Of a stretch of DNA of 64,000 nt, positions 17,761 to 27,346 are shown piece by piece. The notes under the pieces were generated by a model. It did no database searches. It was not told where the DNA came from and was given only the letters and a program-made list of their open reading frames with translations. The stretch is from an archaeon (lineage in GTDB: Archaea; B1Sed10-29; JAJRYS01), in assembly GCA_024275665.1 (NCBI GenBank), contig JAJRYS010000016.1, positions 3,050-67,049 on the forward strand. Reading direction: 5' to 3'. The position numbers and the translations under genes are program-made. How positions within the stretch are numbered: position 1 is the stretch's first letter; each line of letters opens with the position of its first letter.

Positions 17761-18246
17761 ATGCTTGGCATTGAAACACTCCTTGCGTTAGCGTATTCTT
17801 ACTGGTACTTAGGAGTATTCGCGATTGGAGTAATAACTTCAGCAGTATTGTTTTTACCTACTCCTGCTTTTCTCGTGTTTTTCTTCCTTGCAAAGACTTT
17901 TGACCCTTTTTTGTTAGGGTTCGTAGCAGGGTTCGGGTCAGCAATAGGAGAATTAACCGGATATTTTACGGGAGTGATAAGCGAAAAAGTAGTGTTGAAA
18001 AGGTATGAGAGCAAGTTAAAGGATATTGAGAAAAAGTTTGAAAAACACCATCCTTCAATAACTATTTTCTTATTCGCTGCCCTTCCTCTTCCTTTTGACA
18101 TCGTAGGTATTTTTTGTGGTTTGATCCATTACAAGTTAAGACATTTCATGCCTCCTTTGCTTGTCGGGAAATTCGTGAAGTATTGGATAATTTCTTACGC
18201 TGGTTATTATGGGCTTACATGGGTGCAGAGTTTTGGTTTCTGGTGA
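17761..18246 (+). CDS. Small polytopic membrane protein, possibly DedA/VTT (YqaA)-like
   Basis: 4 TM helices and a GxxxG-rich GFGSAIGELTGYF segment; TATA-like GGTTTAAAATAC about 22 nt upstream. Confidence 0.35.
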   Translation: MLGIETLLALAYSYWYLGVFAIGVITSAVLFLPTPAFLVFFFLAKTFDPFLLGFVAGFGSAIGELTGYFTGVISEKVVLKRYESKLKDIEKKFEKHHPSITIFLFAALPLPFDIVGIFCGLIHYKLRHFMPPLLVGKFVKYWIISYAGYYGLTWVQSFGFW

Positions 18247-18247
18247 T

Positions 18248-20095
18248 TCAACGCAACCAGAATTTCTTTACTTCAAGGCCAGGGTTTTCTGTTATTACGA
18301 AATCCTCTCCTGAAGGCAGGCACTTCGCGTACTTCTGCCATGAGAAACGAGTGTCAAGGAAGACTACTACTCCTTTGTCTTGTTCGTTCCTAATTACTCT
18401 TCCAGCTGCTTGCACTGCTTTTGACATTGCCGGAAGCACGTATCCGTAGTCCCACCCTTTGCCAAACTTCATGTCATAGTATTTTATCAATGCTCTTGTT
18501 TCAATGTCTGGTTCTTTCAAAGGAACTCCTACTATTATCACTCCAAGCAAGTCGTTTCCAGGGAAATCAATTCCTTCTGCAAAACTTCCTCCAGAAACTC
18601 CTACTAGTATTCCTCCTTCTTCTGACAGTGATTTGAAAATATCAATGACTTCTCGTGTTTTTTCAGGAGACTGGTTTTCTTTTTGTACTATTACTTTTTT
18701 CTCAGTTTTCAGAAAAGGAAGAACTTCCCTCATCATGGAATAAGAAGGAAAGAACACTGCTGAGTTGCCTGGAATGTTGCTTGTTATCTCTCTTATCATG
18801 CTTGCTATTTTAACAAACTCTTCCATTGTCCTGTTCTCGTATTTAGTAGTTACCCCTTTTACTAACACGTTGAGCTTGTTGTGCTTTGGGAAAGGAGAAG
18901 AGTATTCTCTTATCATGGTTCTTTCCTTGTCAAGCCCTAACAGGTCCCTGTACATTTCCCCTGGTTTCAGAGTGCCGCTCATCAGGATAGTAGAGTGAGT
19001 GGCGTTTAAACGGTCTGCTGTTATTATGGAAGCATCCAAGCATTTTACAACAGCACTGTAACCCCTTTTGGTTTTCTTGAATATTCGTATGAATGCTTCT
19101 GAGTCATTAACCCAATTCTCGTAGAAGGACAGAATTTTCAAACAGTAACTCTTGTTAAGGTTAGTGGTTTCAAGCACGAACATTCCCACTTCGTACAATT
19201 CTTCGAAGAAGTCAGAAGAAAACAAAGGCAATTCTGACTTGTGCATTACTCTCTCCTGTTCTTCTTCTTTCATATTCTCTGCCATTAAGATTAGCTCTTT
19301 TTCAATCTTCTGCAAGCGTTTTTCAAGCTCTCTTGTTCCTGCTAGTATTGCTTCGTTCCTTGCTTTCCTAACCATGCTAATGTTAAGAGAAGAGCTCATC
19401 GCGTTACGCAGTCTTTCAGCAGCGTTATGCGCTTCATCTATTATTACTATGGCATCTTCAAGGTTCTTGTTAGTCTTTGACAAGAAAGAGTCTCCTATGA
19501 ATGGATTAAGCACGTGGTAATAATCGCATATGATTACGTCTGCTTTTTCTCCTATCATTAAAGAAGCTTCGTAAGGACATAATTCTTCTTTCTCACAATA
19601 GGATAAGAGTTCTTCATGCGTTCTCACGCTGCCATACCAGTCTCTTAGGGCTTCTGCGCGTATCTTAGCGCTTGCTTTTTGTTTCAACCCATATCCTCTT
19701 ATCCTGTCATAATAATAGCAAGAACGCTTCATTTTTTTCTTCTTGCATAACTCATAAAAACCGTCTGTTTCTTTTTCACGGATTTCATCAAGGCACAAGT
19801 GCTTCTTGCCTATGACGTCAAGAGTAACTGCTTTCAAGTCATATTTTTCCACAAGTCCTTTCATCACGTCAACTGCTATTCTGTGCTGTGATATTTTAGG
19901 AGTGCAGAAAAAGATGGTCTTGTCGTTCTCCAAAGCATAACCAAGCGAAGCGCTTATAGAACTGTCAGTCTTACCAAGACCAGTGGGAGCATGAGCTATC
20001 AGGTGGTTGCCTTGAGAAACAGCAGTGATTATGTCCTGCATTAATTCCTTCTGCCCTTTTCTAATACTCTCATGTCTGAAGAAAACAGAGACCAT
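18248..20095 (-). CDS. xpd: XPD/Rad3-family 5'-3' DNA helicase with an FeS domain
   Basis: Walker A AHAPTGLGKT, DEAH box IVIIDEAHNA, four Cys (CLDE, LCKKKK, SCYYYD, LCPYE) in the HD1 insertion as in the XPD 4Fe-4S domain, helicase C-terminal motifs. Confidence 0.75.
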   Translation of the reverse strand: MVSVFFRHESIRKGQKELMQDIITAVSQGNHLIAHAPTGLGKTDSSISASLGYALENDKTIFFCTPKISQHRIAVDVMKGLVEKYDLKAVTLDVIGKKHLCLDEIREKETDGFYELCKKKKMKRSCYYYDRIRGYGLKQKASAKIRAEALRDWYGSVRTHEELLSYCEKEELCPYEASLMIGEKADVIICDYYHVLNPFIGDSFLSKTNKNLEDAIVIIDEAHNAAERLRNAMSSSLNISMVRKARNEAILAGTRELEKRLQKIEKELILMAENMKEEEQERVMHKSELPLFSSDFFEELYEVGMFVLETTNLNKSYCLKILSFYENWVNDSEAFIRIFKKTKRGYSAVVKCLDASIITADRLNATHSTILMSGTLKPGEMYRDLLGLDKERTMIREYSSPFPKHNKLNVLVKGVTTKYENRTMEEFVKIASMIREITSNIPGNSAVFFPSYSMMREVLPFLKTEKKVIVQKENQSPEKTREVIDIFKSLSEEGGILVGVSGGSFAEGIDFPGNDLLGVIIVGVPLKEPDIETRALIKYYDMKFGKGWDYGYVLPAMSKAVQAAGRVIRNEQDKGVVVFLDTRFSWQKYAKCLPSGEDFVITENPGLEVKKFWLR

Positions 20096-20121
20096 GCTTA
20101 TTAATTACTCTTTCCAGTGTT

Positions 20122-20280
20122 TTATAGTATTACCCTGCTTGCTTTTCTGATCAACGCGTTAGGGTCTATGTTTTTGTCAACGCATGCTTTCTTAAAATCT
20201 TCAAGCAGTTGTTTCTCTGCCTCTGTCAGGTTGTTTCCTGGTTTTTCTTCCCTGTGAACTCCGAACTTATGCAATCCCAT
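20122..20280 (-). CDS. Small hypothetical protein (52 aa), below the track cut-off
   Basis: ATG...TAA ORF MGLHKFGVHREEKPGNNLTEAEKQLLEDFKKACVDKNIDPNALIRKASRVIL between the XPD gene and the small Zn protein, same strand. Confidence 0.25.
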   Translation of the reverse strand: MGLHKFGVHREEKPGNNLTEAEKQLLEDFKKACVDKNIDPNALIRKASRVIL

Positions 20281-20301
20281 TTCAAAACCAACTCTCACTT
20301 T

Positions 20302-20484
20302 TTACCATGCTTCTGTTTTTTCCAAGAACCCTTCCTTGTTCGGTTTGAACTTGTGCTGCGGATTCTTAGGGCATACGAGTATTCCTCTGTCATTCTCTTC
20401 TAATACTATACTGTAACCAGTTTCTGCAAAGCAAGTAGGGCAAATCTTGTTAATTTTAACAGTTGGCTCTTTAACCATGACCAA
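20302..20484 (-). CDS. Small putative zinc-binding protein (60 aa) immediately downstream of RuBisCO
   Basis: CPTC...CPKNPQH ligand pattern; 8-nt spacing after the rbcL stop on the same strand. Confidence 0.4.
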   Translation of the reverse strand: MVMVKEPTVKINKICPTCFAETGYSIVLEENDRGILVCPKNPQHKFKPNKEGFLEKTEAW

Positions 20485-20492
20485 TCACCTTC

Positions 20493-21767
20493 TTATTTTT
20501 TATAAACCCATTTTTCAAGAGCTCTCCTAAGTTCTCTGTGGTCCACAGCGTATTTTTTTAAGCTGATTCCTTGCATTGTTGCTTCAAGAGCTTGCCTTGC
20601 TGCTACTGCTCCTTCTGTAGTCCCGTCAGGGTGTCCGTGGATTCCTCCTCCCATTTGTATTATAATGTCAGTGCCAAGAGTTTTTACAAGTTTTGGCACG
20701 TGTCCTGGGTGAAGTCCTCCAGAAGCCACTGGGAACACTGGTTTTATGTTCTCCCATTTCTCAGCAAGCTTGTGTTCTCCTGGTTTTATTATCATTTCTC
20801 TTATCTCTCTGTCAATGGTGGTGACTTCTTTTTTGCTTCCATGCATTTTACCGAAAATAGTTCCAATGTGTATCTGGTCAACTCCTATGAGTCTGGCGAA
20901 GTCAGCAATAGCAAGCATGCTAATGCCATGCTTCTTGTTTCTTGTCAGAGCAGCGTGCATTGCCCTATGCGCGTGGATTATCAGTCTTCCGCTGTTTTCC
21001 CTTAGAGTCTGCAAGGCAGACCATCCTGTAGTTATTATGTCAACCATCACGTACTTCCCGCCTTGCGAGCGCACGAAGTCAACGCGTTCAAGCATTTCAA
21101 TAGTTTCAGCAGTAACATTAGCCATGTAAGCTTTCCTTTCTCCTGTTTCTTCTTCTGCCTTGTCCCTTGCTTCAAGAGTCTTAATCACTCTTTCTTCGAA
21201 AGGATTGAACTTCTGGCTGGTGAGGTTTTCATCGTCTTTCACTATGTCACATCCTCCGATCCAAGCGTTGTAAGCTACTTGCGCGTGTTCTGAGGCATGA
21301 AGTCCTAGTTTTGGTTTTACAATAGTGCCAAGAAGAGGTCTTTTCTTAACACGCATTATTTTCCTGACTCCTTGAATGCCGTGTTTTGGTCCTTTGAAAC
21401 GCTTCAAAATGACTTTCGGAAAGTCGTTGTCAACAAGACGAAGGTTTTCAACTTCTTTCATTCCAAAAATATTGCCAGCTACTGAGCTCAAAATTTCAGG
21501 AACGTTGTCCATTTCGAACAACTCTGCTGGATAAGCTATTTTAACATAGTGGCCTTTTATGTCAAACACTTTGGCACTCATCTTCATTATTCTCTTTTTC
21601 ATCGTAGTGACTTCTGTCCAAGTACCAGTAGAGGATTCTGCAGCAACAGCTGCTGCTGCTTCTTTCATGCTGACTCCCTTAGCAGGTTCTACGTAGAACA
21701 AGCATATCATGTCATCTTTTCTTGGCTTGTAATTCAAGTCGATGTAATGCGCGTACGATTCCTTCAC
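20493..21767 (-). CDS. rbcL: Ribulose-1,5-bisphosphate carboxylase/oxygenase large subunit, archaeal form III
   Basis: GGCDIVKDDENL (carbamylated Lys motif), GLHASEHAQ, HAHRAMHA, GGGIHGHPDG; about 424 aa, typical of form III. Confidence 0.9.
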   Translation of the reverse strand: MKESYAHYIDLNYKPRKDDMICLFYVEPAKGVSMKEAAAAVAAESSTGTWTEVTTMKKRIMKMSAKVFDIKGHYVKIAYPAELFEMDNVPEILSSVAGNIFGMKEVENLRLVDNDFPKVILKRFKGPKHGIQGVRKIMRVKKRPLLGTIVKPKLGLHASEHAQVAYNAWIGGCDIVKDDENLTSQKFNPFEERVIKTLEARDKAEEETGERKAYMANVTAETIEMLERVDFVRSQGGKYVMVDIITTGWSALQTLRENSGRLIIHAHRAMHAALTRNKKHGISMLAIADFARLIGVDQIHIGTIFGKMHGSKKEVTTIDREIREMIIKPGEHKLAEKWENIKPVFPVASGGLHPGHVPKLVKTLGTDIIIQMGGGIHGHPDGTTEGAVAARQALEATMQGISLKKYAVDHRELRRALEKWVYKK

Positions 21768-22036
21768 ACAAACCCTCCTTTGTTTTTTTCAATTAATTCG
21801 TACGAAGAATAAGTTTATAAACTTGCCTTGGTTATACCTAATTAAGGAGAAGAAGAGGAAAGAGAAGAGAATTGAATTCATTACGTGACAAAAAGAGGTG
21901 TTTTCAAGATGGATCCAGATGTTGAAAGAGGCGAAGAGCCAAAACCTTTATGAAAAAAAGGAGAAGTGTTTTTAATGATGGGTGAAAGAGAAGGAAACTA
22001 AAATTTTTTTGAAAATTTTTCCAAAGTGATGAGATT

Positions 22037-22744
22037 ATGGCGCGTGTTCCTACAGGCATTCCAGGACTTGATGAACTGATTCAAGGAGGCTTCTTAGAAG
22101 GAGCAACAATCCTAGTAAGCGGAGGAGCTGGTACTGGTAAGACCATACTCGCTACTCAGTACATTTACAACGGAGCAGCGCAGTACGGAGAGCCAGGCAT
22201 TTACATCACCATGGAAGAAGGAGCCACTAACTTATGGTGGAACATGAAAAGCTTTAAATGGAATCTCACTAAGTACGAGCAGGATAATTTGATAAAAATT
22301 TACAAAGTAGGCATGATTGAACCAGCTGAGTTTGCTAAGAAGTTCTCAGAAGAAATTGACAGAATAAAGTCAATGGTAGAGAAAATGGATGCAAAGCGCC
22401 TAGTGATTGACTCTACTACTGCTTTTGGAATGTGGATGGGTTCAGAGTCACAGATAAGGTACTCTTTGTTCAAGCTTGCTGAAGAACTCAAGGAAATGAA
22501 ATGCACTACTATAATGACTGCTGAGACACTTGGAGGAAGAGACCAATTCTCCCGTTTCGGAGTAGAAGAATTCATAGCAGACGGAGTAATAGTCTTGTAC
22601 TTCATGCCTCCTCAGAGAGCATTGTTCGTTAGGAAGATGAGGGGAACAAAACACGACCAAAAAGTACACCCTTATGTCATAGGGCCTAAGGGGATTGAAA
22701 TAAATGCTAAAGAAGAAGTATTATGGGAAAGTTTGAAGAGATGA
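22037..22744 (+). CDS. KaiC/RadA-like RecA-superfamily ATPase (single domain, about 235 aa)
   Basis: GIPGLDELIQGGF...LVSGGAGTGKT Walker A; Walker B LVIDS. Confidence 0.65.
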   Translation: MARVPTGIPGLDELIQGGFLEGATILVSGGAGTGKTILATQYIYNGAAQYGEPGIYITMEEGATNLWWNMKSFKWNLTKYEQDNLIKIYKVGMIEPAEFAKKFSEEIDRIKSMVEKMDAKRLVIDSTTAFGMWMGSESQIRYSLFKLAEELKEMKCTTIMTAETLGGRDQFSRFGVEEFIADGVIVLYFMPPQRALFVRKMRGTKHDQKVHPYVIGPKGIEINAKEEVLWESLKR

Positions 22745-22753
22745 AAATTATTC

Positions 22754-22969
22754 CTAGTCCTCGTTTCCCCAGTCCATTGCTCCTTCTATCTCCACTTCTT
22801 CAACTAGGATTTTTAAAGGCTTCACGTCTAAGTGCCTTCTTTTCTTAATTACTTCCAACTCAGAACCGCAGTAACGGCATTTTACTACGTCAGCGTCTTC
22901 AGCGTGTTTTGGAAGATTGAAATCTTTCCCGCATACAGCGCATCTTACCAGTTGCCCTTTGGAAACCAT
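22754..22969 (-). CDS. LysW/ArgW-like zinc-ribbon amino-group carrier protein
   Basis: CxxC...CxxCGSELEV followed by a C-terminal acidic MDWGNED tail, resembling LysW CGAELEV...EDWGE. Confidence 0.45.
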   Translation of the reverse strand: MVSKGQLVRCAVCGKDFNLPKHAEDADVVKCRYCGSELEVIKKRRHLDVKPLKILVEEVEIEGAMDWGNED

Positions 22970-23048
22970 GGCTTTATTTTTCAGTCGTCATTATTTTTAA
23001 AGTTATGTTTTTTATATTCTCAAAGAGTAAATCAATTGGTGACGCGCC

Positions 23049-23750
23049 TTGGAAAAACCGAAAATAGACTTAGTTGAGTTAGCTTCTCAGCCTGAATGGA
23101 AGGAAATGCTTTTCAACATTGTGAAAAAAGAAGGAATGGACCCATGGGACATTGACATTTCACTACTTACTTCTAAATTCGTTGAGCATGTTAATTCTTT
23201 GAAGAGAATGGATTTCAGAATACCTGCTAATGCAGTGCTTGCTTCAAGCATTCTTTTGAGGTATAAGTCTAATAACTGGAAGCTTTCCGAAGAAAGAGAA
23301 GAATATCCTCTCATATTCATTCCTGATGAAATAATACCAGAACCAGTGCCAATAGAGTTAGAGCCAGTGACTAGGATTACTAAGAGGAAAGTCACTCTCG
23401 AGGAATTGATCAATGCTATTGAGGACGTGATGAAAAAAGAGAAAAAAGCAGCTCAGAAGCACAAGCCTAAAAAACCTGAGATACCAACATCTATTCTCAA
23501 ACTCGTGAACGTTGATGAAGAAGATTTTGAAAGAGTGGAAGAAGAAGTCCTTCAGCGTATTATGAAAACCCTTGACAAGACCAGAATGACAGTATTTTCC
23601 AACATACTAAAAAGTAATACAACAGAAGAGGTCATATCAACTCTTGTTCCAGTGCTCCATCTTGCGCATAAGGGAAAGATAGTAATATGGCAAGAGGAAG
23701 TGTTTGGAGAGATATTCATACAATTAAACAGTGATGAGAATGCAAGCTAA
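23049..23750 (+). CDS. scpA: Segregation and condensation protein A (ScpA kleisin)
   Basis: N-terminal DPWDIDISLL motif characteristic of ScpA; 20-nt overlap with scpB. Confidence 0.7.
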   Translation: MEKPKIDLVELASQPEWKEMLFNIVKKEGMDPWDIDISLLTSKFVEHVNSLKRMDFRIPANAVLASSILLRYKSNNWKLSEEREEYPLIFIPDEIIPEPVPIELEPVTRITKRKVTLEELINAIEDVMKKEKKAAQKHKPKKPEIPTSILKLVNVDEEDFERVEEEVLQRIMKTLDKTRMTVFSNILKSNTTEEVISTLVPVLHLAHKGKIVIWQEEVFGEIFIQLNSDENAS

Positions 23751-24243
23751 GAAAATAGCAGAAGCAGCATTGTTCATGTCGCCAGAGCCTCTTACTGTTA
23801 ATGAAATAGTGAAAGTGACAGGAGTTGAGTCTGTACCAGTTGCTTTAAAATTAATAGAAGATTTAGTGAAAGAGTTCAACTCTAGAGATTCTGCTCTTGA
23901 AATAGTAAATGATAACGGGAAATATTTGATGAGAGTCAAGTAAGAGTACTTGAAGCACGTGTCGCACTTAGCAGTTTCCCCTGAATTCTCAAAAGCAGTA
24001 CTAAGAACGCTTGGATTGATTGCTTTGAAACAGCCGGTAAAGCAGTCAATAATAGTAAGCATAGTAGGCAACAAGGCATATGATTACGTGAACGAGCTTG
24101 TTTCAAAAGGATTTATCAAAGCGAAAAAACAGGGCAACACCAAGATATTAATGACCACTCCTAAGTTTGAGTCTTACTTCGGGAAGAAAACAAACGAGAT
24201 AAAGAAAATGAGCAAAGCTTCTTACCAAAGTACTTTACTTTGA
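23731..24243 (+). pseudogene. scpB: Segregation and condensation protein B (ScpB) interrupted by an in-frame TAA at 23941-23943
   Basis: Two same-frame ORFs (70 aa and 97 aa) correspond to ScpB winged-helix 1 (AEAALFMSPEPLTVNEI) and winged-helix 2 (LSPEFSKAVLRTLGLIALKQPVKQS...KILMTTPKF). Confidence 0.55.
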
Positions 24244-25425
24244 GTTATAATATTCTGTGATTACTTCTAACACGTCTTTGAAGCTAACCACTCCATTGGA
24301 AAGCATTTCTTCTAGAATGTTTTGTTTTTTCTTAATCTCCTTGTTAATGTCAGCCCTGCTCTTGCCGCATAGTTTTGCAAGTTCTTCAATCTTGCCGCTT
24401 GGGATGTTCGTGCTTTCCACTTTGTCAGTCTTGGCATTGTAAACAAACAACTCGCTGAAAGAAATACCAATCTCAGAACGTTGCACTTCAACTATTGAAC
24501 TCACTCTTCTTTTCAATCCTTCAGGAGACCTGATTTTTTTGCATACTATTATGAAATCCATTAAGCCAAGCATGTTCTTAGGAACGTTCATAGGAGGATT
24601 AGTCAAACGGGAAATGCACTCAGCAGGAGAATTAGCGTGAAGAGTTCCCATGGCAGAGTGCCCTACGTTCATGGCGTTGAACAAAGTCTCTGCTTCCGGC
24701 CCTCTCACCTCTCCTACTATTAGCCTGTCAGGTCTCATTCTCAAAGCATTAATGAGCAAGTCATTCATAGTAATGGCACGTGTGTTAGCAACAGCGTGCT
24801 TGCTTTCCATCCTCACGACGTTCTTTCTTCCGAAGAAATTCAATTCAAGAGTGTCTTCTATTACTACTATGCGCTCGTCTTTTGGGATGAAAGAAGTAAG
24901 AATGTTCAATAATGTCGTCTTACCAGCTCCTGCTCCTCCAATAACCAGAATGTTGAAAGGATAATTCCTCTCTCCTTCCACTGCTTCCCATAAGAAAGCA
25001 GCAGCCTCTGAAGACAATGTGCTGTTCTGAATGAGACTAACGATTGACAACGGGTTCTGCTTGAACTTCCTAATAGTAATAGTAGGACTGTTAGGAGTAG
25101 CAGGAGGAATAGTAGCGTTCAAACGAGAGCCGTCAGGCAAGCGAGCATCAAGGAAAGGCTTTTCCTCATTAATCACGTCACCTGCTTCCAAGGCAGCGTT
25201 GTTAATCCATTCTATTATCTCTCTTTCACTCATCACAAGGTTAGTTTCGCACATGCCATGCTTAGCATGATAAACAAATACAGGTTCTCCTGCTCTGTTA
25301 ACCATTATTTCTTCAAGCTCAGGGTCTTTCAAAAACTTTTCAATAGAAGGGTTCTTAACCTCATACTTGTAAAACCCTCTCTTCTTAGTAATCGTTGCCA
25401 TGCCTTTCATTACAATCCAATCCAA
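24235..25425 (-). CDS. VirB11/TadA/GspE-family secretion ATPase (type IV pilus or archaellum-type, short form)
   Basis: Walker A VIGGAGAGKTTLLN, Asp-box and His-box of secretion NTPases, about 396 aa. Confidence 0.7.
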   Translation of the reverse strand: MDWIVMKGMATITKKRGFYKYEVKNPSIEKFLKDPELEEIMVNRAGEPVFVYHAKHGMCETNLVMSEREIIEWINNAALEAGDVINEEKPFLDARLPDGSRLNATIPPATPNSPTITIRKFKQNPLSIVSLIQNSTLSSEAAAFLWEAVEGERNYPFNILVIGGAGAGKTTLLNILTSFIPKDERIVVIEDTLELNFFGRKNVVRMESKHAVANTRAITMNDLLINALRMRPDRLIVGEVRGPEAETLFNAMNVGHSAMGTLHANSPAECISRLTNPPMNVPKNMLGLMDFIIVCKKIRSPEGLKRRVSSIVEVQRSEIGISFSELFVYNAKTDKVESTNIPSGKIEELAKLCGKSRADINKEIKKKQNILEEMLSNGVVSFKDVLEVITEYYNSK

Positions 25426-25499
25426 TAAAAAGCTTTTGCAGGACTAATTGCTGAGTTTAAAGTTTTAAATATGTTGCAGGGTATAAGAAATTGATTGAA

Positions 25500-27305
25500 A
25501 TGGTTCGCAAGCCTAAGCATATTAGAATAAGTAGAGAATGGATGGAGTTACAAGCTCTTAGAGAAAGAGAGAAAGAAGAGGAGAATAAGAAAAAGATTCA
25601 AAGAGCATTGCAAGCTATTAAAAAAGCAAAAGAAATTGAGAAGCAATATTACAAGAAAAGAGGGATGGAAGAAATTGAAAAACTTCCAAGAGCGTTGCGC
25701 AGCGGCAGGAATTTGAAAAAAGTCCTTGAGCAGAAAGCAGAGCAACTGCTTGAGGAAGCCAGACGCAAGGAAGAAATGCTTGGGAAAGGAGCTTCTTTTG
25801 TTAATGCTTTCTTCGAGCCAAAAGGACCGATAGAAGTGCAAATTGGAAGACTGAAAAGGTTGAATGAAATTCTTGACAATGCTCTTAAAGAAGAAAGAGT
25901 AATGAAACAAGAGAGGAGGTTGGTTGAAAAGCACAGGAAGAAATCTTTGAGAATGATAAGTGGACTTGAAAAAGAGAATGAGAAATATTTTAAGATAATG
26001 CCAGAATTAAAAGAAAAAGTAGAAGAATTGAATAGGAAAGTGCTTACAGGAGAGATGAATCCAAGGAAAGTTGAGAAAGAACTTGAAGAAATTAGAAGGC
26101 TTCAAGAAGAAGCAAAAGAAAAAGCAGAACTAATTTTGGAAATTGATAAAAGAATTGTGAAAGCAGGAGGAGTTGGGATAAGACCCCCTGCAATAATAGG
26201 CAACAAAGATCTCACCAGACTGAATTTAGAAGAACTTAGAGGTTTGTTAGAATCTGCTGACAAGAAGATTAGGGAAAAACAGCTTGAAAAGCAACGCAAA
26301 GAAGAGGAAAGAGAGGAAAGAAGAAAACTAGCTAACAAGTTTAGAAAGTTGAAGGGGGATTATGAAAAGATCACTGGTAAAGAACCAGGCATAAGGATAA
26401 TAAGAGGGATTAGTTTAAAGGAATACAAGAGGATAGTTGAAGAGTTTGAAGCAAGAGTGGAAAAGGAAAAAGAGCTAGCTGAAGCGAGGAAAGCAAGAGA
26501 GGAGAAAATAAGGAAAATCAAAAAATTAAATGAAGAAATCAAGAAGTATGGAGGAGAGCAGTTAAAAATCACAATTCCCTCTGAGAAACTCTCACTCAAT
26601 GCTTTGGAACAAATAGAAGGAACAGCAAGGGAAAGATTGGAAGAAGCTAAAAAGATGAAAGAGAAAGAGGAAGAGATACAAAAAATAAAAGAAACTTTTG
26701 AAGAGATTAGAAAAATCGACGAGCACTTCAGAATAGGAAATCTCTTTGATGCTTCAAAACCTCTTTCAGAACAGTTGGAAATGCTAAGAAAAAAGAGAAA
26801 AGAACTGGAAGAAGAACTTAAAATACTGAAAAAAGAAAAAAGAGAAGAAATCAAGATGCTTATAAATGAAGGAAAAGTCCCGGAAATAAATGATACAGAG
26901 AGGAGTGCCAGGAGATTAGAAAAAGAGTTGTACCTTCCTGAAGAATTTTCTTTACCTGAAAACAAGAAAATGGAGAGAAGCAGGATTGAAGAAGAAGCAA
27001 TAGAAGAAAAACCAAAGGAAATTAAAAAAACAAAACAGGAAGAAAAATTAGAAATATTCAAGGCAGAGCATTCTCAAATAATAGGTGACTTGTTGTTCGG
27101 AGGAGGGAGGCTCTTTCAGGAGTTTGAAGAAATAGAAAATAGAGTAGCGAGAGGAGATATCTCTCCTAAAGAACTTGAAAAAAGATTAAAAGAATGGCTT
27201 AATAAAGTTGAAAAAAGAAAGAAGGGGAATAAGAAAAAATCAAAGAAAAAGAAATCTGGGAAGAAAGGGAAAAGAAAATCTTCAGGGAGAAAAAAGAGTT
27301 CCTAA
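25500..27305 (+). CDS. Very Lys/Glu-rich predicted coiled-coil protein (about 600 aa) with a poly-Lys C-terminal tail
   Basis: Uninterrupted 1.8-kb purine-rich ORF with heptad-like EEL/KKL periodicity; C-terminal KKGNKKKSKKKKSGKKGKRKSSGRKKSS; TATA-like TTTTAAATA about 30 nt upstream of the ATG at 25500. Confidence 0.5.
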   Translation: MVRKPKHIRISREWMELQALREREKEEENKKKIQRALQAIKKAKEIEKQYYKKRGMEEIEKLPRALRSGRNLKKVLEQKAEQLLEEARRKEEMLGKGASFVNAFFEPKGPIEVQIGRLKRLNEILDNALKEERVMKQERRLVEKHRKKSLRMISGLEKENEKYFKIMPELKEKVEELNRKVLTGEMNPRKVEKELEEIRRLQEEAKEKAELILEIDKRIVKAGGVGIRPPAIIGNKDLTRLNLEELRGLLESADKKIREKQLEKQRKEEEREERRKLANKFRKLKGDYEKITGKEPGIRIIRGISLKEYKRIVEEFEARVEKEKELAEARKAREEKIRKIKKLNEEIKKYGGEQLKITIPSEKLSLNALEQIEGTARERLEEAKKMKEKEEEIQKIKETFEEIRKIDEHFRIGNLFDASKPLSEQLEMLRKKRKELEEELKILKKEKREEIKMLINEGKVPEINDTERSARRLEKELYLPEEFSLPENKKMERSRIEEEAIEEKPKEIKKTKQEEKLEIFKAEHSQIIGDLLFGGGRLFQEFEEIENRVARGDISPKELEKRLKEWLNKVEKRKKGNKKKSKKKKSGKKGKRKSSGRKKSS

Positions 27306-27346
27306 GGTTTTTAAACAAAAAACTTCATATTTAATGTAACTGTATA

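Noticed and set aside
18114-19520. Plus-strand ORFs of 111, 71, 79, 77 and 122 aa
   Set aside because: Antisense to the XPD helicase gene, with no independent support
20209-20403. 64-aa plus-strand ORF between XPD and rbcL
   Set aside because: It overlaps two better-supported minus-strand small ORFs (the 52-aa and 60-aa proteins co-oriented with rbcL). Its translation is Phe/Cys-rich and not protein-like
26360-27061. 233-aa minus-strand ORF, plus the shorter ORFs at 25548..25934 and 27382..27804, rich in S, F, L and I
   Set aside because: These are shadow ORFs antisense to the purine-rich K/E coiled-coil genes. The pyrimidine-rich complement lacks stop codons by composition alone, and the low-complexity SFL-rich translation is not protein-like
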